Below, in pieces: positions 9,835 to 21,316 of a DNA stretch of 64,000 nucleotides. The position numbers and the translations under genes are program-made. Origin of the DNA: Terriglobia bacterium (lineage in GTDB: Bacteria; Acidobacteriota; Terriglobia; 2-12-FULL-54-10); assembly GCA_963666975.2 (NCBI GenBank), contig CAXVYR010000004.1:64001-128000 (forward strand), given 5' to 3'. Positions within the stretch are counted from its first letter, which is position 1, and each line of letters opens with the position of its first letter. The notes beneath the pieces were generated by a model. That model was given only the letters and a program-made list of their open reading frames with translations. It ran no database searches and had not been told where the DNA came from.

Positions 9835-10815
9835 ATGTCAACAGGATTAAAGAAGATTTTCGGAGAATCGGAGCGCATCGTAGTTCTTGCCGCCGACCAC
9901 AGATATTTCGGCGTCGTTGCCGGCCTGGAAAAACCCGGCGAGGTTCTTTCCCCGCTCCTCGATTATGTGGACGTGCTGATGACCGATCCCGGCGTTCTAC
10001 GCCATGCGTTCAAAGGCAGAGTGAGCCTGCCGGTGATGCTGCGCGCCTCCGGATGCTCCACCACCATGAACGTCCCCGTGCCCGGCTACCTCCAGGAGCC
10101 GGCCAAGCTCGCCTACCAGCAACGAACCGGCAAGGATTTCGACAAGGCTCTCAAAGAATATCAAGCCAAAATAGATTCCGGAACCGCCACGGGCGAAGAT
10201 TTTGACGAGTTCCAGCTTCTCGACAGTGTCGTGAACGTCCCCGACACCATTGCCAGTGAAAGGCTGATCCTGCATGCGGAAGATGTCCAAAAGGAAGGGG
10301 CCGTCGGAGCCGCCGTTTCGGTTTACTTGAAGACGGAACACCAGTCGCAGACGCTCGACAATCTGGCCAGCATGTCGCGCGAGGCCCGGAAGATTGATCT
10401 TCCCCTCCTCGGGGTAGTGGCCGTGGGAACCGCGCTGGGATATCTGGAGAAAGACTCCGACTTCCTGACGCGCGCCGGAGCCATCCTGGTGGCGCACGGC
10501 GCCGACATCATCAAGACCTACAATTGCGGAAAGGGGTTTGAGCGGGTGGTCGGGGCCTGCGGCGTTCCCGTTATCGTGGCCGGCGGTAAGATGCCCAAGG
10601 GCGTGGATGAAACCAAAGACAGCCTGGAGCTGGCCTACGACTCCATCCAAAAAGGCGCCAAGGGTATCGACTTCGGACGGCGCGTCTGGAGACACCAGCA
10701 GCCGGTAGCCATGGTGCGGGCGTTGCGGGCGGTGATCCATGACGGCATGCAACCCAAGGAAGCCTATAAGTTGTTTCAGGAGTTGAAGGGGAGTAAAAAG
10801 GGGAGCAAAGGATGA
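9835..10815 (+). CDS. Class I aldolase/thiolase, LsrF-like, with a 55-aa insertion
   Basis: LAADH, LRASG, GADIIKTY, FERVV..CGVPVIVAGGK, GIDFGR. Confidence 0.8.
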   Translation: MSTGLKKIFGESERIVVLAADHRYFGVVAGLEKPGEVLSPLLDYVDVLMTDPGVLRHAFKGRVSLPVMLRASGCSTTMNVPVPGYLQEPAKLAYQQRTGKDFDKALKEYQAKIDSGTATGEDFDEFQLLDSVVNVPDTIASERLILHAEDVQKEGAVGAAVSVYLKTEHQSQTLDNLASMSREARKIDLPLLGVVAVGTALGYLEKDSDFLTRAGAILVAHGADIIKTYNCGKGFERVVGACGVPVIVAGGKMPKGVDETKDSLELAYDSIQKGAKGIDFGRRVWRHQQPVAMVRALRAVIHDGMQPKEAYKLFQELKGSKKGSKG

Positions 10816-11843
10816 CCGTTCCTGAGACGATGAAGCTCGGCCTGTACTTCAGCAACGAAGACGTGAGGGTGGATCAAAGGCCGGTGCCCGAAATCGGCGA
10901 GAACGAGGTCCTGGTGGAAGTCGCCGCATGCGGCATCTGCGGCAGCGACACCATGAAGTGGTATCGCGAGCCGGGCACGCGGGAGAAGGGCGGCATCAAT
11001 ACGGGGCATGAAATCGCAGGCCGCATCGTTCTGGCAGGCGAGTCGGTCCGCAATTTCAAAACAGGCGACCGGGTCGTCGTCTCCCACCATTTCCCCTGCC
11101 TGCAATGCGTCCCGTGCCAGGACGGAAACGAGACGGCATGCGAGCAAATGCACCGGAAGCACATCGAGCCGGGCGGCTTTTCGCAATATGTCCGGCTCTT
11201 TAATCCATGCATCGAGAAAGGATTGTTTGCTCTGCCCGACAGCATGACCTTCGAGCAGGGCTCATTTGTCGAGCCGCTCGCCTGCGTTGTGCGCAGCGTG
11301 AGGAAGACTGCTCCGGTCAATTCCCGCACCGTGCTGGTGATGGGAAGCGGCCTGGCGGGATTGCTCCACATCAAGCTGGTTCGCGCGCTCGGTGCCGGCA
11401 GAATTTACGCCGTCGATACCAATCAAAAACGGCTGGAGGCTGCCTCGCAGCACGGCGCGGATGAAATGATTTACGCTACGGATAAACTGCCGCGCGCCGA
11501 CCGCGTGTTTGTCTGCACCGGATCGCAAAAAGCCGCAGAAAGCGCGCTCGGTTGCGTGGACCGGGGCGGGCACATCCTGTTTTTTGCCGCTGACGGCCCC
11601 GACAAGAAACTTTCGATCCCGCTGACGAAATTCTGGACTACGCAGCCTTCCTTCAGCTTCAGCTATGGAGCCGCGCCGCGCGATATGAAGGAAGCGATAG
11701 AGCTGATTCGCAGCGGGAAGGTCGCCGTCGATAGCTTGGTCACGCACCGGTTTGGAATCGATCAAATCGCCCAGGCGTTCGACCTGGTGGCAAATCCGAA
11801 AGACAATTCTCTGAAGGTGATTATCGAACCGAACCGCCGGTGA
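10812..11843 (+). CDS. Zn-dependent alcohol/polyol dehydrogenase
   Basis: CGICGSD, GHE, CxxCxxC...C, GSGLAG; ATGA overlap with the upstream gene. Confidence 0.9.
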   Translation: MTVPETMKLGLYFSNEDVRVDQRPVPEIGENEVLVEVAACGICGSDTMKWYREPGTREKGGINTGHEIAGRIVLAGESVRNFKTGDRVVVSHHFPCLQCVPCQDGNETACEQMHRKHIEPGGFSQYVRLFNPCIEKGLFALPDSMTFEQGSFVEPLACVVRSVRKTAPVNSRTVLVMGSGLAGLLHIKLVRALGAGRIYAVDTNQKRLEAASQHGADEMIYATDKLPRADRVFVCTGSQKAAESALGCVDRGGHILFFAADGPDKKLSIPLTKFWTTQPSFSFSYGAAPRDMKEAIELIRSGKVAVDSLVTHRFGIDQIAQAFDLVANPKDNSLKVIIEPNRR

Positions 11844-11870
11844 GCCTCACACCACAACCTGCCGGGATGC

Positions 11871-13451
11871 TTACAGCCTTCGTTCAACGGCGGGAAAATT
11901 TTCCCAGACCTTAACGCCGCAGAAATGGCTGCCTTCGGTGCAGACCGGGTAGGCGTTGCCTTTCCGCACCACGCAGGGAGGTCCGATGTAGCGGGCCAGG
12001 CGGGGATGCACGCGGCGCACCTGCTCCAGCTCTTCCATCGAAGCCCGGTAGATCTCCTCCTGAGCATTGAAGCAGGTCCGCATGGTCCATTTGTGGATCA
12101 GGTGAAGCAGGCTGCCGCTTTCCACCATCCGGACGCTGGTGGCGTTGGGAAGAACATAGATCGCCACCGACGGCGGCACGCCCAACTCCAGCAGCCGGTT
12201 CTTGGCGCTCCACGCTTCCTCCATTGCCTGCTGATAAATTCCCTCCACTTCCGAGTTCCCTCGCACCAGGCCGGGAGTGATGTAGTCCGGCTCCGGGCAG
12301 TCGGTGGCCGAGAGCAGCGGGCGCGAGGCGGGCACCAGCCGGTGCCGCTGGTCCTGGGAGTCGGCCGTGTGGCTTAGTTTCTTGAGGAAGGTATAGGAGA
12401 CGTGATGCAGGGCACGCATCATGGGCGAGTGAACGGCCAGGTCCAGCGTCTCCAGGCGGTAGCGGTTGTGAGCAGGATTCAACAACTGTTCGAGCGCCTG
12501 ATCGTCGTCCATCTGCGCCTCACTCAACCCCAGCAGGTAGCGGAAGGAGCGGGCGACAATTGATTCTGCGCCGGACTCCGCATCGGGCGAAGCCGAGAGC
12601 ATCCGCGAGGTCATGCCGCCCAGCTCGCGGTCGAACTCCCGGCGTGCCTGGGCGGCCCCCGAAGGTCCGCCTTCGGCAACGAGCCGGGCCTCGGGAATTT
12701 GCTCCTCCTCCAGGGGGCCGTCTCCGATGCGCTCAAAAAACTGCGGATCAATTTCTTTTACCCGTTCCACCATCTGGTCGATGACCATGCCGGTCTCATA
12801 AGGGGTGTCCCCGGAGTTGCGCATGCGGTAGAGCCTGTGCAGAACCACGCCTGAAAGGGTGTGAACCATCGAAGTAAAAGCGGCAACCGGTAAAACGTAA
12901 CGGGCCACCTCGATGGCTTTCTTCTCCACCTGCCGGTCGATGCGCTGGCGGCGCTTCTCCGCGCTCCGCGGGCCGATCTTCCACACGTCGTAGAGCGCCT
13001 CCCGCGTGCGTCCGGAAAGTTCTTGGGAGAGCAACCGGTAAAACTCCCAGGCCCGTTCCACGGCGCGCATGTAGACGCCCTGCGCCTCCCCGGCCAGGGG
13101 CGGAATAAAAGCCTGCGCCTGGTCCAGGCGCACGTAGCGCTGGCTGGACTGCTCCGAGTTATAAAACGGATGGCTGTGCAGAAAGTTCCACACAAACTGG
13201 CGGGAGACGTTCTCCAGGCCGAACTCGAAGTGGGCGTGCTGAAAGACGGTGTGATGGCCGCCGTTGAAGGTGGTGGAGCCGATGGTGAGGCGCTGTTTCT
13301 CGGTGATCTCATCCGGCGAGATCACACGGGATGAATAGCAACTCCGCGCCGCCGCGATGGCGGAATCAAAAGGCCGGTCCAAGTAGTTTCGCAGCGTGAC
13401 CCGGGGCTGTGTCGCCACCACAAATTGCCGCGCCGTGTTCGCAACACCCAT
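11871..13451 (-). CDS. thyX: FAD-dependent thymidylate synthase, tandem two-domain form
   Basis: GHHTVFQH, SEQSSQRY and ARYVLP in domain 1; QDQRHR and YVLPNA in domain 2. Confidence 0.8.
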   Translation of the reverse strand: MGVANTARQFVVATQPRVTLRNYLDRPFDSAIAAARSCYSSRVISPDEITEKQRLTIGSTTFNGGHHTVFQHAHFEFGLENVSRQFVWNFLHSHPFYNSEQSSQRYVRLDQAQAFIPPLAGEAQGVYMRAVERAWEFYRLLSQELSGRTREALYDVWKIGPRSAEKRRQRIDRQVEKKAIEVARYVLPVAAFTSMVHTLSGVVLHRLYRMRNSGDTPYETGMVIDQMVERVKEIDPQFFERIGDGPLEEEQIPEARLVAEGGPSGAAQARREFDRELGGMTSRMLSASPDAESGAESIVARSFRYLLGLSEAQMDDDQALEQLLNPAHNRYRLETLDLAVHSPMMRALHHVSYTFLKKLSHTADSQDQRHRLVPASRPLLSATDCPEPDYITPGLVRGNSEVEGIYQQAMEEAWSAKNRLLELGVPPSVAIYVLPNATSVRMVESGSLLHLIHKWTMRTCFNAQEEIYRASMEELEQVRRVHPRLARYIGPPCVVRKGNAYPVCTEGSHFCGVKVWENFPAVERRL

Positions 13452-13521
13452 GGCGTGATTCTACCCGATGCGCAGATACAAAAAAAGAGGACGATGCGTG
13501 AGAGGGGAATTTTGAAAGCGT

Positions 13522-13776
13522 CTAGGAAGCCGTTTCCGCCGCGACAGTGGTCTCTTTCCCGGAGCCCGTGCTCCGCTTGCTGCCATACTTCCTGTTGAAA
13601 CGCTCCACCCGGCCGGCGGTGTCCACCAGCCTCTGCTTGCCGGTAAAGAACGGATGACAGTTGGAACAAATCTCCAGGCGGAGGTCCCCCTGGCGCGTGG
13701 AACGGGTCTTGAAGGTGTGCCCGCAGGCGCAAGAGACTGCCACTTCATGGTATTCCGGATGAATGTCGGTTTTCAT
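13522..13776 (-). CDS. rpmE: 50S ribosomal protein L31 (Zn-binding type)
   Basis: [23 protein letters not shown]. Confidence 0.97.
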   Translation of the reverse strand: MKTDIHPEYHEVAVSCACGHTFKTRSTRQGDLRLEICSNCHPFFTGKQRLVDTAGRVERFNRKYGSKRSTGSGKETTVAAETAS

Positions 13777-13985
13777 TGTCTTCCTTTATGCACTAACGTG
13801 ACGGATAGTATACAGCATTTGATCCCACGCCCGCAATTGTGAAACGCGGAATTTGGGCGACTCCTTCCCCGCAAGGCTGACCAAGAAAAAACCGCCCGAA
13901 GAGACTAAAGTCACTGCGCCCGGGCATAGAAGAAGTTAGTTTTGGGATGAAAGAAGTTTTACTACCTTTAAGGAGGCCAAGCAAA

Positions 13986-14708
13986 ATGCCCACCACCCGT
14001 GAAACCATTGGAAGCGAAACCCTCGTCAGCGAGATCGTGCGGTCGTATCCCGCCTCGGTCCGCGTCTTTCAGGAATATGGCATTGATTTCTGCTGCGGAG
14101 GAAGCAAACCGCTTTCGGAAGCTTGCCGGGAGAAGGGTGTTTCCATCGACCGGCTGATCTTTTCGATGGCGAAGGAAGCGCATCAGGGACCCTAAAGGTA
14201 TCATCAACGGTCGCGTTCGTCGTACAAGGATACACATCACGCCTATCTCAGGACGGAGTTGCCCCGCCTGGCGCAGATGCTGGCCAAGGTGATCGAGAAG
14301 CATGGCGAAAAGCATCCGGAATCTCTTCCCGCCCTGGACGAAACCTATACAGGCCTGAGGAAGGAGCTGACCGACCACATGTGGAAGGAAGAAAACGTGC
14401 TTTTTCCTCTTGTCAAGGAGCTCGAACGGGCCCAAAGCTCCGGCTCGGGCGCGGGACCGCAGCGGATGCCGGTGAGCGCCCCCATTATGGTCATGGAACA
14501 GGAGCACGAGGCAGCGGCTGCCGCCCTGCGCGAGATGCGCCGCCTGACCGGGGACTATACACCGCAGGAAGACGCCTGCAACACGTACCGTGCGCTTCTC
14601 GACGGTCTCCAGAAGTTCGAGGCAGATACTCACCAACACATACACCTGGAAAACAACATCCTGTTCCCGAAGGCCATCGAGCTGCAAGAGTCTCTCTCCG
14701 GCCCGTAG
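13986..14708 (+). pseudogene. ric: Iron-sulfur cluster repair di-iron protein, interrupted
   Basis: IDFCCGG N-domain and hemerythrin domain (THHAYLR, HMWKEE, HIHLENN) are in one frame, but TAA at 14193-14195 lies within an apparently inverted 54-bp segment. Confidence 0.85.
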
Positions 14709-14806
14709 GCATCCTGTCCGACAAGAGGGGGGCCAAAAGGAGGGCCAAAAAGGGGAAAAGAGACAAGAGGCACGGTGAAGATGTGCGGTGACGGGAAACC
14801 CGGAAG

Positions 14807-14836
14807 TTGACGCCTTCACCGGGCGGCCACTATAAT
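14807..14836 (+). promoter_or_regulatory. Sigma70-type promoter for lysS
   Basis: TTGACG-N18-TATAAT. Confidence 0.6.
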
Positions 14837-14994
14837 CTGGGTTTCGCAAACCAATCCGCTGTTTCCACCGGGCCTCCGTTGCAAAGACACAAGCTGCAAG
14901 GGTAGGCCAGCACAGAGGGCGCCGCTTCCGTGGCTCCTCCCTTGGCAGGGTAATACCGGCATGAAAATACCGGTATGGGAATAAATGGTGTAGC

Positions 14995-16533
14995 TTGTCC
15001 TTTGACCTTGAGCTTCTGGAACAACGCCGCCAGAAGCTGCAACAGATTGAAGCTCTGGGCTACCCGGCCTATCCTCACCGTTTTGCCTATACCCATACTC
15101 TGGAGCAGATCACCGCTGCCTATTCGGAAAAGACCGCCGAAGAGCTGACGAGCGAGAAAACAACGGTGCGCATCTGCGGCCGTCTGCAATCCATCCGCGG
15201 ACACGGCAAGGCCGGCTTCGCCGACCTGGTCCAGGGCGGCCAGCGGCTGCAAATCTACGTCCGCAAGGATGCGCTGGGCGACAACGGCTTTGCGCTCTAT
15301 CGGCTGCTGGACCTGGGTGATTTGGCCGGCGCAGAGGGTTATTTGTTTCGCACCAAAACCGGGGAACTCTCTCTCCACGCCACCACCGTGTCGCTGCTGG
15401 CCAAGGCGATGCTGCCTCTGCCGGAGAAGTGGCACGGGCTGCAGGACGTAGAGGCACGTTACCGCCAGCGCTATCTGGACCTGATTGCCAATCCGGAGGT
15501 GCGGCGCGTCTTTGCCGCACGGAGCCGTCTGGTCCAGGCGTTGCGGAGAGCCCTGGAACAACGAGGTTACATGGAGGTGGAGACCCCCATGATGCAGCCG
15601 ATGGCCGGCGGAGCCACGGCGCATCCCTTCCGCACCCATCATAACGCCTTAAACCTGGACCTCTACCTGCGCATCGCGCCGGAGCTTTATTTGAAGCGCT
15701 TGGTGGTGGGAGGTTTCGACCGCGTCTATGAAATCAACCGAAACTTCCGCAATGAAGGAATCTCCACGCAACACAACCCGGAGTTCACCATGCTGGAGTT
15801 CTATCAGGCATACAGCGACTACAACGACCTGATGGAGCTGACCGAGAAACTGCTGCCGGAGGTGGCCGAGGCAACCTGCGGGACGACCACCCTCAGCTAC
15901 GGCGAGCACACCATCGACCTGTCGCGATTCTCGCGGTTCACCCTGCGGGAGGCCATCCGGGAGTACTGGCCGGAAGACGCTTCCCGGCCAACGCTGGAAG
16001 ACTTCTCCGACCCGCAGCGGACCGGGGCGGCCATCGAGGCCTGGAACCGTCTGCAAGGAGAGCAAGACCGCCTCGTCATTCCGGCAGGCACATCGCACGG
16101 GGCCACGCTGGCGCATCTGTTTGAAACCGTCTGCGAGCGAAAGCTGATCCAGCCGACGCTGATCCATGAATTCCCCGTGGAGGTATCCCCGCTAGCAAAA
16201 AGCAAGAAGGACGAGCCGGGATGGGTGGAGCGCTTTGAACTCTACGTGGCGGGGATGGAGATCGCCAACGCCTACAGCGAGCTGAACGATCCGGAAGAAC
16301 AGCGGCGGCGCTTTGAATTGCAGGCCGCGCTGAAGGAGAAGGGCGACCGGGAAGCCCATGCCATGGATGAGGACTACATCCGCTGCCTCAACTACGGCAT
16401 GCCGCCCACCGCCGGCGAAGGAATCGGGATCGACCGTCTGGTGATGATCCTGACCGGCTCCCGCTCCATCCGCGACGTGATCCTGTTCCCGTTATTGCGA
16501 CCGGAGAGTTCACCGTCTCCGGAGGCAGAGTGA
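14995..16533 (+). CDS. lysS: Lysine--tRNA ligase (class II)
   Basis: [37 protein letters not shown]. Confidence 0.97.
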   Translation: MSFDLELLEQRRQKLQQIEALGYPAYPHRFAYTHTLEQITAAYSEKTAEELTSEKTTVRICGRLQSIRGHGKAGFADLVQGGQRLQIYVRKDALGDNGFALYRLLDLGDLAGAEGYLFRTKTGELSLHATTVSLLAKAMLPLPEKWHGLQDVEARYRQRYLDLIANPEVRRVFAARSRLVQALRRALEQRGYMEVETPMMQPMAGGATAHPFRTHHNALNLDLYLRIAPELYLKRLVVGGFDRVYEINRNFRNEGISTQHNPEFTMLEFYQAYSDYNDLMELTEKLLPEVAEATCGTTTLSYGEHTIDLSRFSRFTLREAIREYWPEDASRPTLEDFSDPQRTGAAIEAWNRLQGEQDRLVIPAGTSHGATLAHLFETVCERKLIQPTLIHEFPVEVSPLAKSKKDEPGWVERFELYVAGMEIANAYSELNDPEEQRRRFELQAALKEKGDREAHAMDEDYIRCLNYGMPPTAGEGIGIDRLVMILTGSRSIRDVILFPLLRPESSPSPEAE

Positions 16534-16784
16534 AGCGGGCGGCGGAAGCAGGATCAGTCCTGGCTTAGGACACCGACGTATTTAGAATAGAAATATAGCG
16601 ACGCGAGAACAGGCACCACCACAGCCGCCCCGCTCTGCCTCGGAAGCAAAACTCCTCAGCTAACCCCCTCGCATAGTTCACCTAAATGACTCCCGGCAAA
16701 ACAGAAGGCTCATCATTCAGCTTTTGCCCTAAAATGGGATTGGAGAAAGAATCCTTTCGATCCGATGAATGAAGAGAGGAAAGC

Positions 16785-18020
16785 TTGGGTTTTGAACTTT
16801 TTATGGCCCTGCGTTACCTCCGCGCCAGACGGAAGATTGCGGTCATTTCCGTAATCACCGCGGTCTCCATGCTGGGCATCGCCGCCGGGGTCATGTCCCT
16901 GGTGGTCGCGCTGGCCGTCACCAACGGGCTGCGGCAAGAATGGCAGGGACGGCTGCTGGGCGCTACAGCCCATGTGAGCCTGCAAAGGATCGAGGGCAAC
17001 GGCATCCGCCAGTGGCGGCCGCTGCTCCAGAAGCTCTCCGGCACGCCGGGGGTAGTGGCTTCTGCTCCGGCGTTGTACGGAACGGTGCTGGCTTCGCGTG
17101 CCAACCGCTCCAGCCAGATGATCTTGAAAGGGGTGGACCCGAAAGTGGAATCGCAAGTCGGCACTCTGCTAGGCAGTGTCCGGGAAGGATCGGCGGAGGC
17201 GTTGAACGATCCGGTGGAGCCCGGCAGCCAGCCGCCTGTGGTGATTGGAAAACGCATGGCGGACTCGCTCGGCGCTTCCCCCGGGGACAGCATCTTGCTG
17301 ACCAGCCCGCAAGGGCACCTGACGCCTTTCGGCATGGTTCCCCGGTACCGTTACTTTGAAGTTGTGGGAGTGTTCGATTCCGGCTTCTATGAATTTGATT
17401 CCAGTTGGGCCTTCACGAACCTAAAGGAGGCCCAGCAAGTGCTGGGGCTGGACGATGTAATCTCGGTCATGGAGTTCAAAATCGCGGATATCTACCAAGC
17501 TCCGGCGGTGGCGGAAACGGTTCGGCGACTGGCCGGCAACGGGTTTTTCGGCAGCCATTGGATGGAGCAAAACCGGGCCCTGTTCAGCGCCCTGCGGCTG
17601 GAGAAAACGGTGGCGGTAATCATTATCGGATTGATTGTCTTCGTGGCGGCTTTGAACATCCTGATCTCTTTGGTGATGATGGTTATAGAAAAATACCGGG
17701 ACATCGCCATCCTGGTTTCGATGGGCGCGCATCGGAAGCAGATTCGCAACATTTTTCTGCTCCAAGGCATGATGATCGGCACGGTCGGAACCGCGCTGGG
17801 TTTGACCGGGGGGTATCTGCTCTCCTGGCTGGGCAGCCGCTATCATCTGATCCCGCTCGACCCGAATATCTATGACATCAGTTACCTGCCTTTCGATGCT
17901 AGAATCGTGGACGGAGTTTGGGTGGCAGGGGTGGCCTTGTTGATCAGCTTTCTGGCCACGCTCTACCCGGCGCACAACGCCACTTCCATCGCTCCGGCGG
18001 AGGCTCTGCGGTATGAATAA
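16785..18020 (+). CDS. lolE: Lipoprotein-releasing ABC permease LolC/E
   Basis: FMALRYLR, W.EQNRALFSAL.LEK, PAEALRYE. Confidence 0.88.
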   Translation: MGFELFMALRYLRARRKIAVISVITAVSMLGIAAGVMSLVVALAVTNGLRQEWQGRLLGATAHVSLQRIEGNGIRQWRPLLQKLSGTPGVVASAPALYGTVLASRANRSSQMILKGVDPKVESQVGTLLGSVREGSAEALNDPVEPGSQPPVVIGKRMADSLGASPGDSILLTSPQGHLTPFGMVPRYRYFEVVGVFDSGFYEFDSSWAFTNLKEAQQVLGLDDVISVMEFKIADIYQAPAVAETVRRLAGNGFFGSHWMEQNRALFSALRLEKTVAVIIIGLIVFVAALNILISLVMMVIEKYRDIAILVSMGAHRKQIRNIFLLQGMMIGTVGTALGLTGGYLLSWLGSRYHLIPLDPNIYDISYLPFDARIVDGVWVAGVALLISFLATLYPAHNATSIAPAEALRYE

Positions 18021-18112
18021 TTTGATCCCTGCCCTCGCGGATGGAAGATCGGAGCGCAAGGAGGAAACGTCTCCACAGGAACCGGCATCTAAGAAGTTGC
18101 GCAAACTGCAGA

Positions 18113-18826
18113 ATGGTACAAGCTGCGAAATTGAGCAAAATGTTACGAGCCGAAAATTTGACGAAGGCGTTCCGCTCCGGAAAGTCGCGTTTGGCGGTTT
18201 TGGAGAACCTGCAGTTGGACGTAGAGGCCGGCGAGATGGTGGCCATCGTCGGAGAGTCCGGCAGCGGGAAAAGCACGCTGCTGCACATCCTAGGCGCGCT
18301 GGACAAGCCGTCTGCCGGTGAGGTATACTTCGAGGGGAAGCAGTACTCGGAGCTTTCCGAGAACGAATTGGGGAGCTTGCGAAACCGCAATTTTGGTTTC
18401 GTGTGGCAGTTGCGCTCCTTGCTGCTGGAGTTCACGGCGCGTGAAAACATCGCTATGCCGCTGCGGATCCGGGGCGTGGAAAGCAAAGAGGCTGCGGAAC
18501 GGGCTGAAGGGTGGCTGGAACGCGTGGGTTTGAAAGACCGGGCAGCCCACCTGGCCGGAGAGCTTTCCGGAGGCGAGCAGCAACGCGCCGTTTTGGCCCG
18601 GGCGCTGGTGGGCGAGCCGAAAGTGCTGATGGCCGACGAACCGACCGGCAATCTGGATGCAAGAACCGGTGAAATGACTATGCAATTACTGGGAAGCTTG
18701 CATCAGGAATGCCGCATGACGACGGTGCTGGTCACGCACAACATAGGCTTTGCCCGGCGTTGTGACCGGGTGTTGAGGCTGGAAAACGGCAGACTGGAAG
18801 CCGTTTCCTTTTCCGAAACGATCTGA
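18113..18826 (+). CDS. lolD: Lipoprotein-releasing ABC ATPase
   Basis: GESGSGKST, LSGGEQQR, ADEPTGNLD; start uncertain. Confidence 0.88.
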   Translation: MVQAAKLSKMLRAENLTKAFRSGKSRLAVLENLQLDVEAGEMVAIVGESGSGKSTLLHILGALDKPSAGEVYFEGKQYSELSENELGSLRNRNFGFVWQLRSLLLEFTARENIAMPLRIRGVESKEAAERAEGWLERVGLKDRAAHLAGELSGGEQQRAVLARALVGEPKVLMADEPTGNLDARTGEMTMQLLGSLHQECRMTTVLVTHNIGFARRCDRVLRLENGRLEAVSFSETI

Positions 18827-18871
18827 TCCTCCAGCCGGCCTGGGATCGGCTGGCGCGTCAGGGAAGGGCAT

Positions 18872-21316
18872 ATGTTCGAACGGTACACGGAAAAAGCCAG
18901 ACGCGTAATATTCTTTGCCCGCTACGAGGCGAGTCAGTTCGGCAGCCCGTACATCGAGTCCGAGCACCTGCTGCTGGGCCTGTTGCGCGAGGATAAGTCG
19001 CTGACCAACCGGTTCCTGCGCTCTCACGCTTCCATCGAGTCCATCCGCAAACAGATCGAGGGACACACCACCATCCGGGAAAAGGTTTCCACCTCCGTGG
19101 ATCTTCCCCTGAGCCACGAGAGCAAGCGGGTCTTGGCCTATGCAGCGGAAGAAGCCGAGCGGTTGTCGCACCGGCACATCGGCACCGAGCATCTACTGCT
19201 CGGTCTGCTGCGCGAAGAGAAATGTTTCGCAGCCGAAATACTGCGCGAGCGCGGCTTGCGCCTTTCCACCATCCGGGAGGAATTGGTCCGCTCGCAGTCG
19301 GAGAAAGTCTCCACATCGCGCCCCAAAGAGAGTTCCTTGCTGGGCGAGTTCAGCCGTGACCTGACGCAGGCCGCCATGGACAACTCCCTGGATCCGCTCG
19401 TCGGCCGGGAAAATGAGTTGGAGCGGATGATTCAAATTTTGTGCCGCCGCACCAAGAACAACCCCGTGCTGATCGGCGAGCCCGGAGTGGGAAAGACGGC
19501 CATTGTGGAAGGGCTGGCGCAGCGGATTGCCGACAGCGAGGTGCCTTCGTTCCTCGCCGAAAAGCGCATCCTGGCGCTCGACCTCTCCTTGATTGTGGCC
19601 GGCACAAAATACCGGGGGCAGTTCGAAGAGCGGTTGAAGACCATTATGAAGGAGTTGATGGAGAGCGCCAACGCCATCATCTTCATCGACGAATTGCACA
19701 CGCTGGTGGGCGCAGGCTCCGCCGAGGGATCTCTGGACGCCGCCAATATTCTGAAGCCTGCCCTCTCGCGAGGCGAAATTCAGTGCATCGGCGCCACCAC
19801 TCCGGCCGAGTTCCGCAAATCCATCGAAAAAGACCGCTCTCTCGAGCGGCGATTTCAGTCGATTAAAGTTCCGCCGCCGAGCGAAGCGGAAGCCGTCACC
19901 ATCCTGTTTGGCATCAAGGACCGCTACGAAAAATTCCACGCGGTCACTTATACCGACGAGGCTCTGCAAGCCTCCGTCTACAACTCCAACCGGTACATCC
20001 CGGACCGCTTCCTGCCGGATAAGGCCATCGACCTGATTGACGAGGCCGGAGCGCGGGTGAAGCTGCGCCAAACCACTCTGCCGGAAGAGCTGGTCGACAT
20101 TCAGAAGCGCATCAAGTTCATTGTCCACCGGATGGAGAACGCCATCGCCGGCCACGAATTTGAGAAGGCCCGTTTTTACAGCGATGAAGAGCGCAAGGAA
20201 CGGGAAAACCTGCGGGCCCTGCGCGAGAAATACCAACTGGATGAATCCTCCAGCGGCACCGTGGGCAAAGAGGACATTGAGGACGTGGTAGCCCGGTGGA
20301 CGGGAGTCCCGGTCACCTCTCTCAAGGAAGAGGAGATGGCCAAGCTGCTGCGCATCGAGGAGGAACTCCACAAGCGCATCATCAGCCAGGAAAAGGCAAT
20401 CTCGGCGCTGGCCCGCGCGGTCCGGCGTTCCCGCGCCGGTTTGAAGAATCCGGCGCGCCCGGTCGGCTCGTTCCTGTTTCTGGGTCCGACCGGCGTGGGG
20501 AAAACGGAGGTCGCGCGGTCTCTGGCGAAATTCCTCTTCGGCACCGAAAAGGCTTTGATCCGCTTCGACATGTCCGAGTACATGGAGAAGCACGCCGTCT
20601 CCAAGCTGATCGGGTCTCCACCGGGATACATCGGCTACGAGGAAGGCGGCCAGTTAACGGAACGGGTGAAGCGCACCCCGTATTCCATCATCCTGCTGGA
20701 TGAAATCGAGAAGGCTCATCCGGATATTTACAGCATCCTGTTGCAGGTTTACGAGGACGGCCAGCTGACCGACGGGCTGGGCAACACGGTGGACTTCAAG
20801 AACACGATTATCATCATGACCTCCAACATCGGCGCACGCTTCCTGGAGAAACGGAGTCAGATGGGCTTTCAGCCGCCGTCCGCCGAAGACCTGGCGGCCA
20901 AGACGGAGGAGATGGTGCGGGCCGAAGTCAAACGGGTCTTCAATCCGGAATTCCTCAACCGCCTGGACGAGATCATTCTGTTCAGTTCCTTGACGGACGA
21001 GGACCTGATCCAGGTGATTCAGCTGATGGTGAGCCAGATCAATGAAAGCCTGGCTCACAAAGAGATCAGCATCGCTCTTTCCCCTCAGGCGGAACGGTGG
21101 ATTTTGGAAAAGACCTGCCGGGACCGCTCCTACGGGGCAAGACCTCTGCGGCGCGCCCTGCAAAGGTACATTGAAGATCCACTGTCGGAAGCGTTGATTC
21201 AGGGTGTCCTCACGCGCCCCGCTTTCCTGGAAGTCTTTCTGGAAGGCGAGGGGCTGTACTACCGTCCTGTGGACAGCGCCGCGGAGCCTATACCCCTGTT
21301 CGTGACACAGGTTTGA
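18872..21316 (+). CDS. clpC: ATP-dependent Clp protease ATPase subunit
   Basis: [11 protein letters not shown], two Clp-N repeats, GEPGVGKT and GPTGVGKT. Confidence 0.95.
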   Translation: MFERYTEKARRVIFFARYEASQFGSPYIESEHLLLGLLREDKSLTNRFLRSHASIESIRKQIEGHTTIREKVSTSVDLPLSHESKRVLAYAAEEAERLSHRHIGTEHLLLGLLREEKCFAAEILRERGLRLSTIREELVRSQSEKVSTSRPKESSLLGEFSRDLTQAAMDNSLDPLVGRENELERMIQILCRRTKNNPVLIGEPGVGKTAIVEGLAQRIADSEVPSFLAEKRILALDLSLIVAGTKYRGQFEERLKTIMKELMESANAIIFIDELHTLVGAGSAEGSLDAANILKPALSRGEIQCIGATTPAEFRKSIEKDRSLERRFQSIKVPPPSEAEAVTILFGIKDRYEKFHAVTYTDEALQASVYNSNRYIPDRFLPDKAIDLIDEAGARVKLRQTTLPEELVDIQKRIKFIVHRMENAIAGHEFEKARFYSDEERKERENLRALREKYQLDESSSGTVGKEDIEDVVARWTGVPVTSLKEEEMAKLLRIEEELHKRIISQEKAISALARAVRRSRAGLKNPARPVGSFLFLGPTGVGKTEVARSLAKFLFGTEKALIRFDMSEYMEKHAVSKLIGSPPGYIGYEEGGQLTERVKRTPYSIILLDEIEKAHPDIYSILLQVYEDGQLTDGLGNTVDFKNTIIIMTSNIGARFLEKRSQMGFQPPSAEDLAAKTEEMVRAEVKRVFNPEFLNRLDEIILFSSLTDEDLIQVIQLMVSQINESLAHKEISIALSPQAERWILEKTCRDRSYGARPLRRALQRYIEDPLSEALIQGVLTRPAFLEVFLEGEGLYYRPVDSAAEPIPLFVTQV

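Noticed and set aside
18013-18321. lolD starting at the ATGAATAA overlap with a programmed frameshift
   Set aside because: In-frame ATGs at 18113 and 18140 give a complete ATPase, and no slippery site is evident
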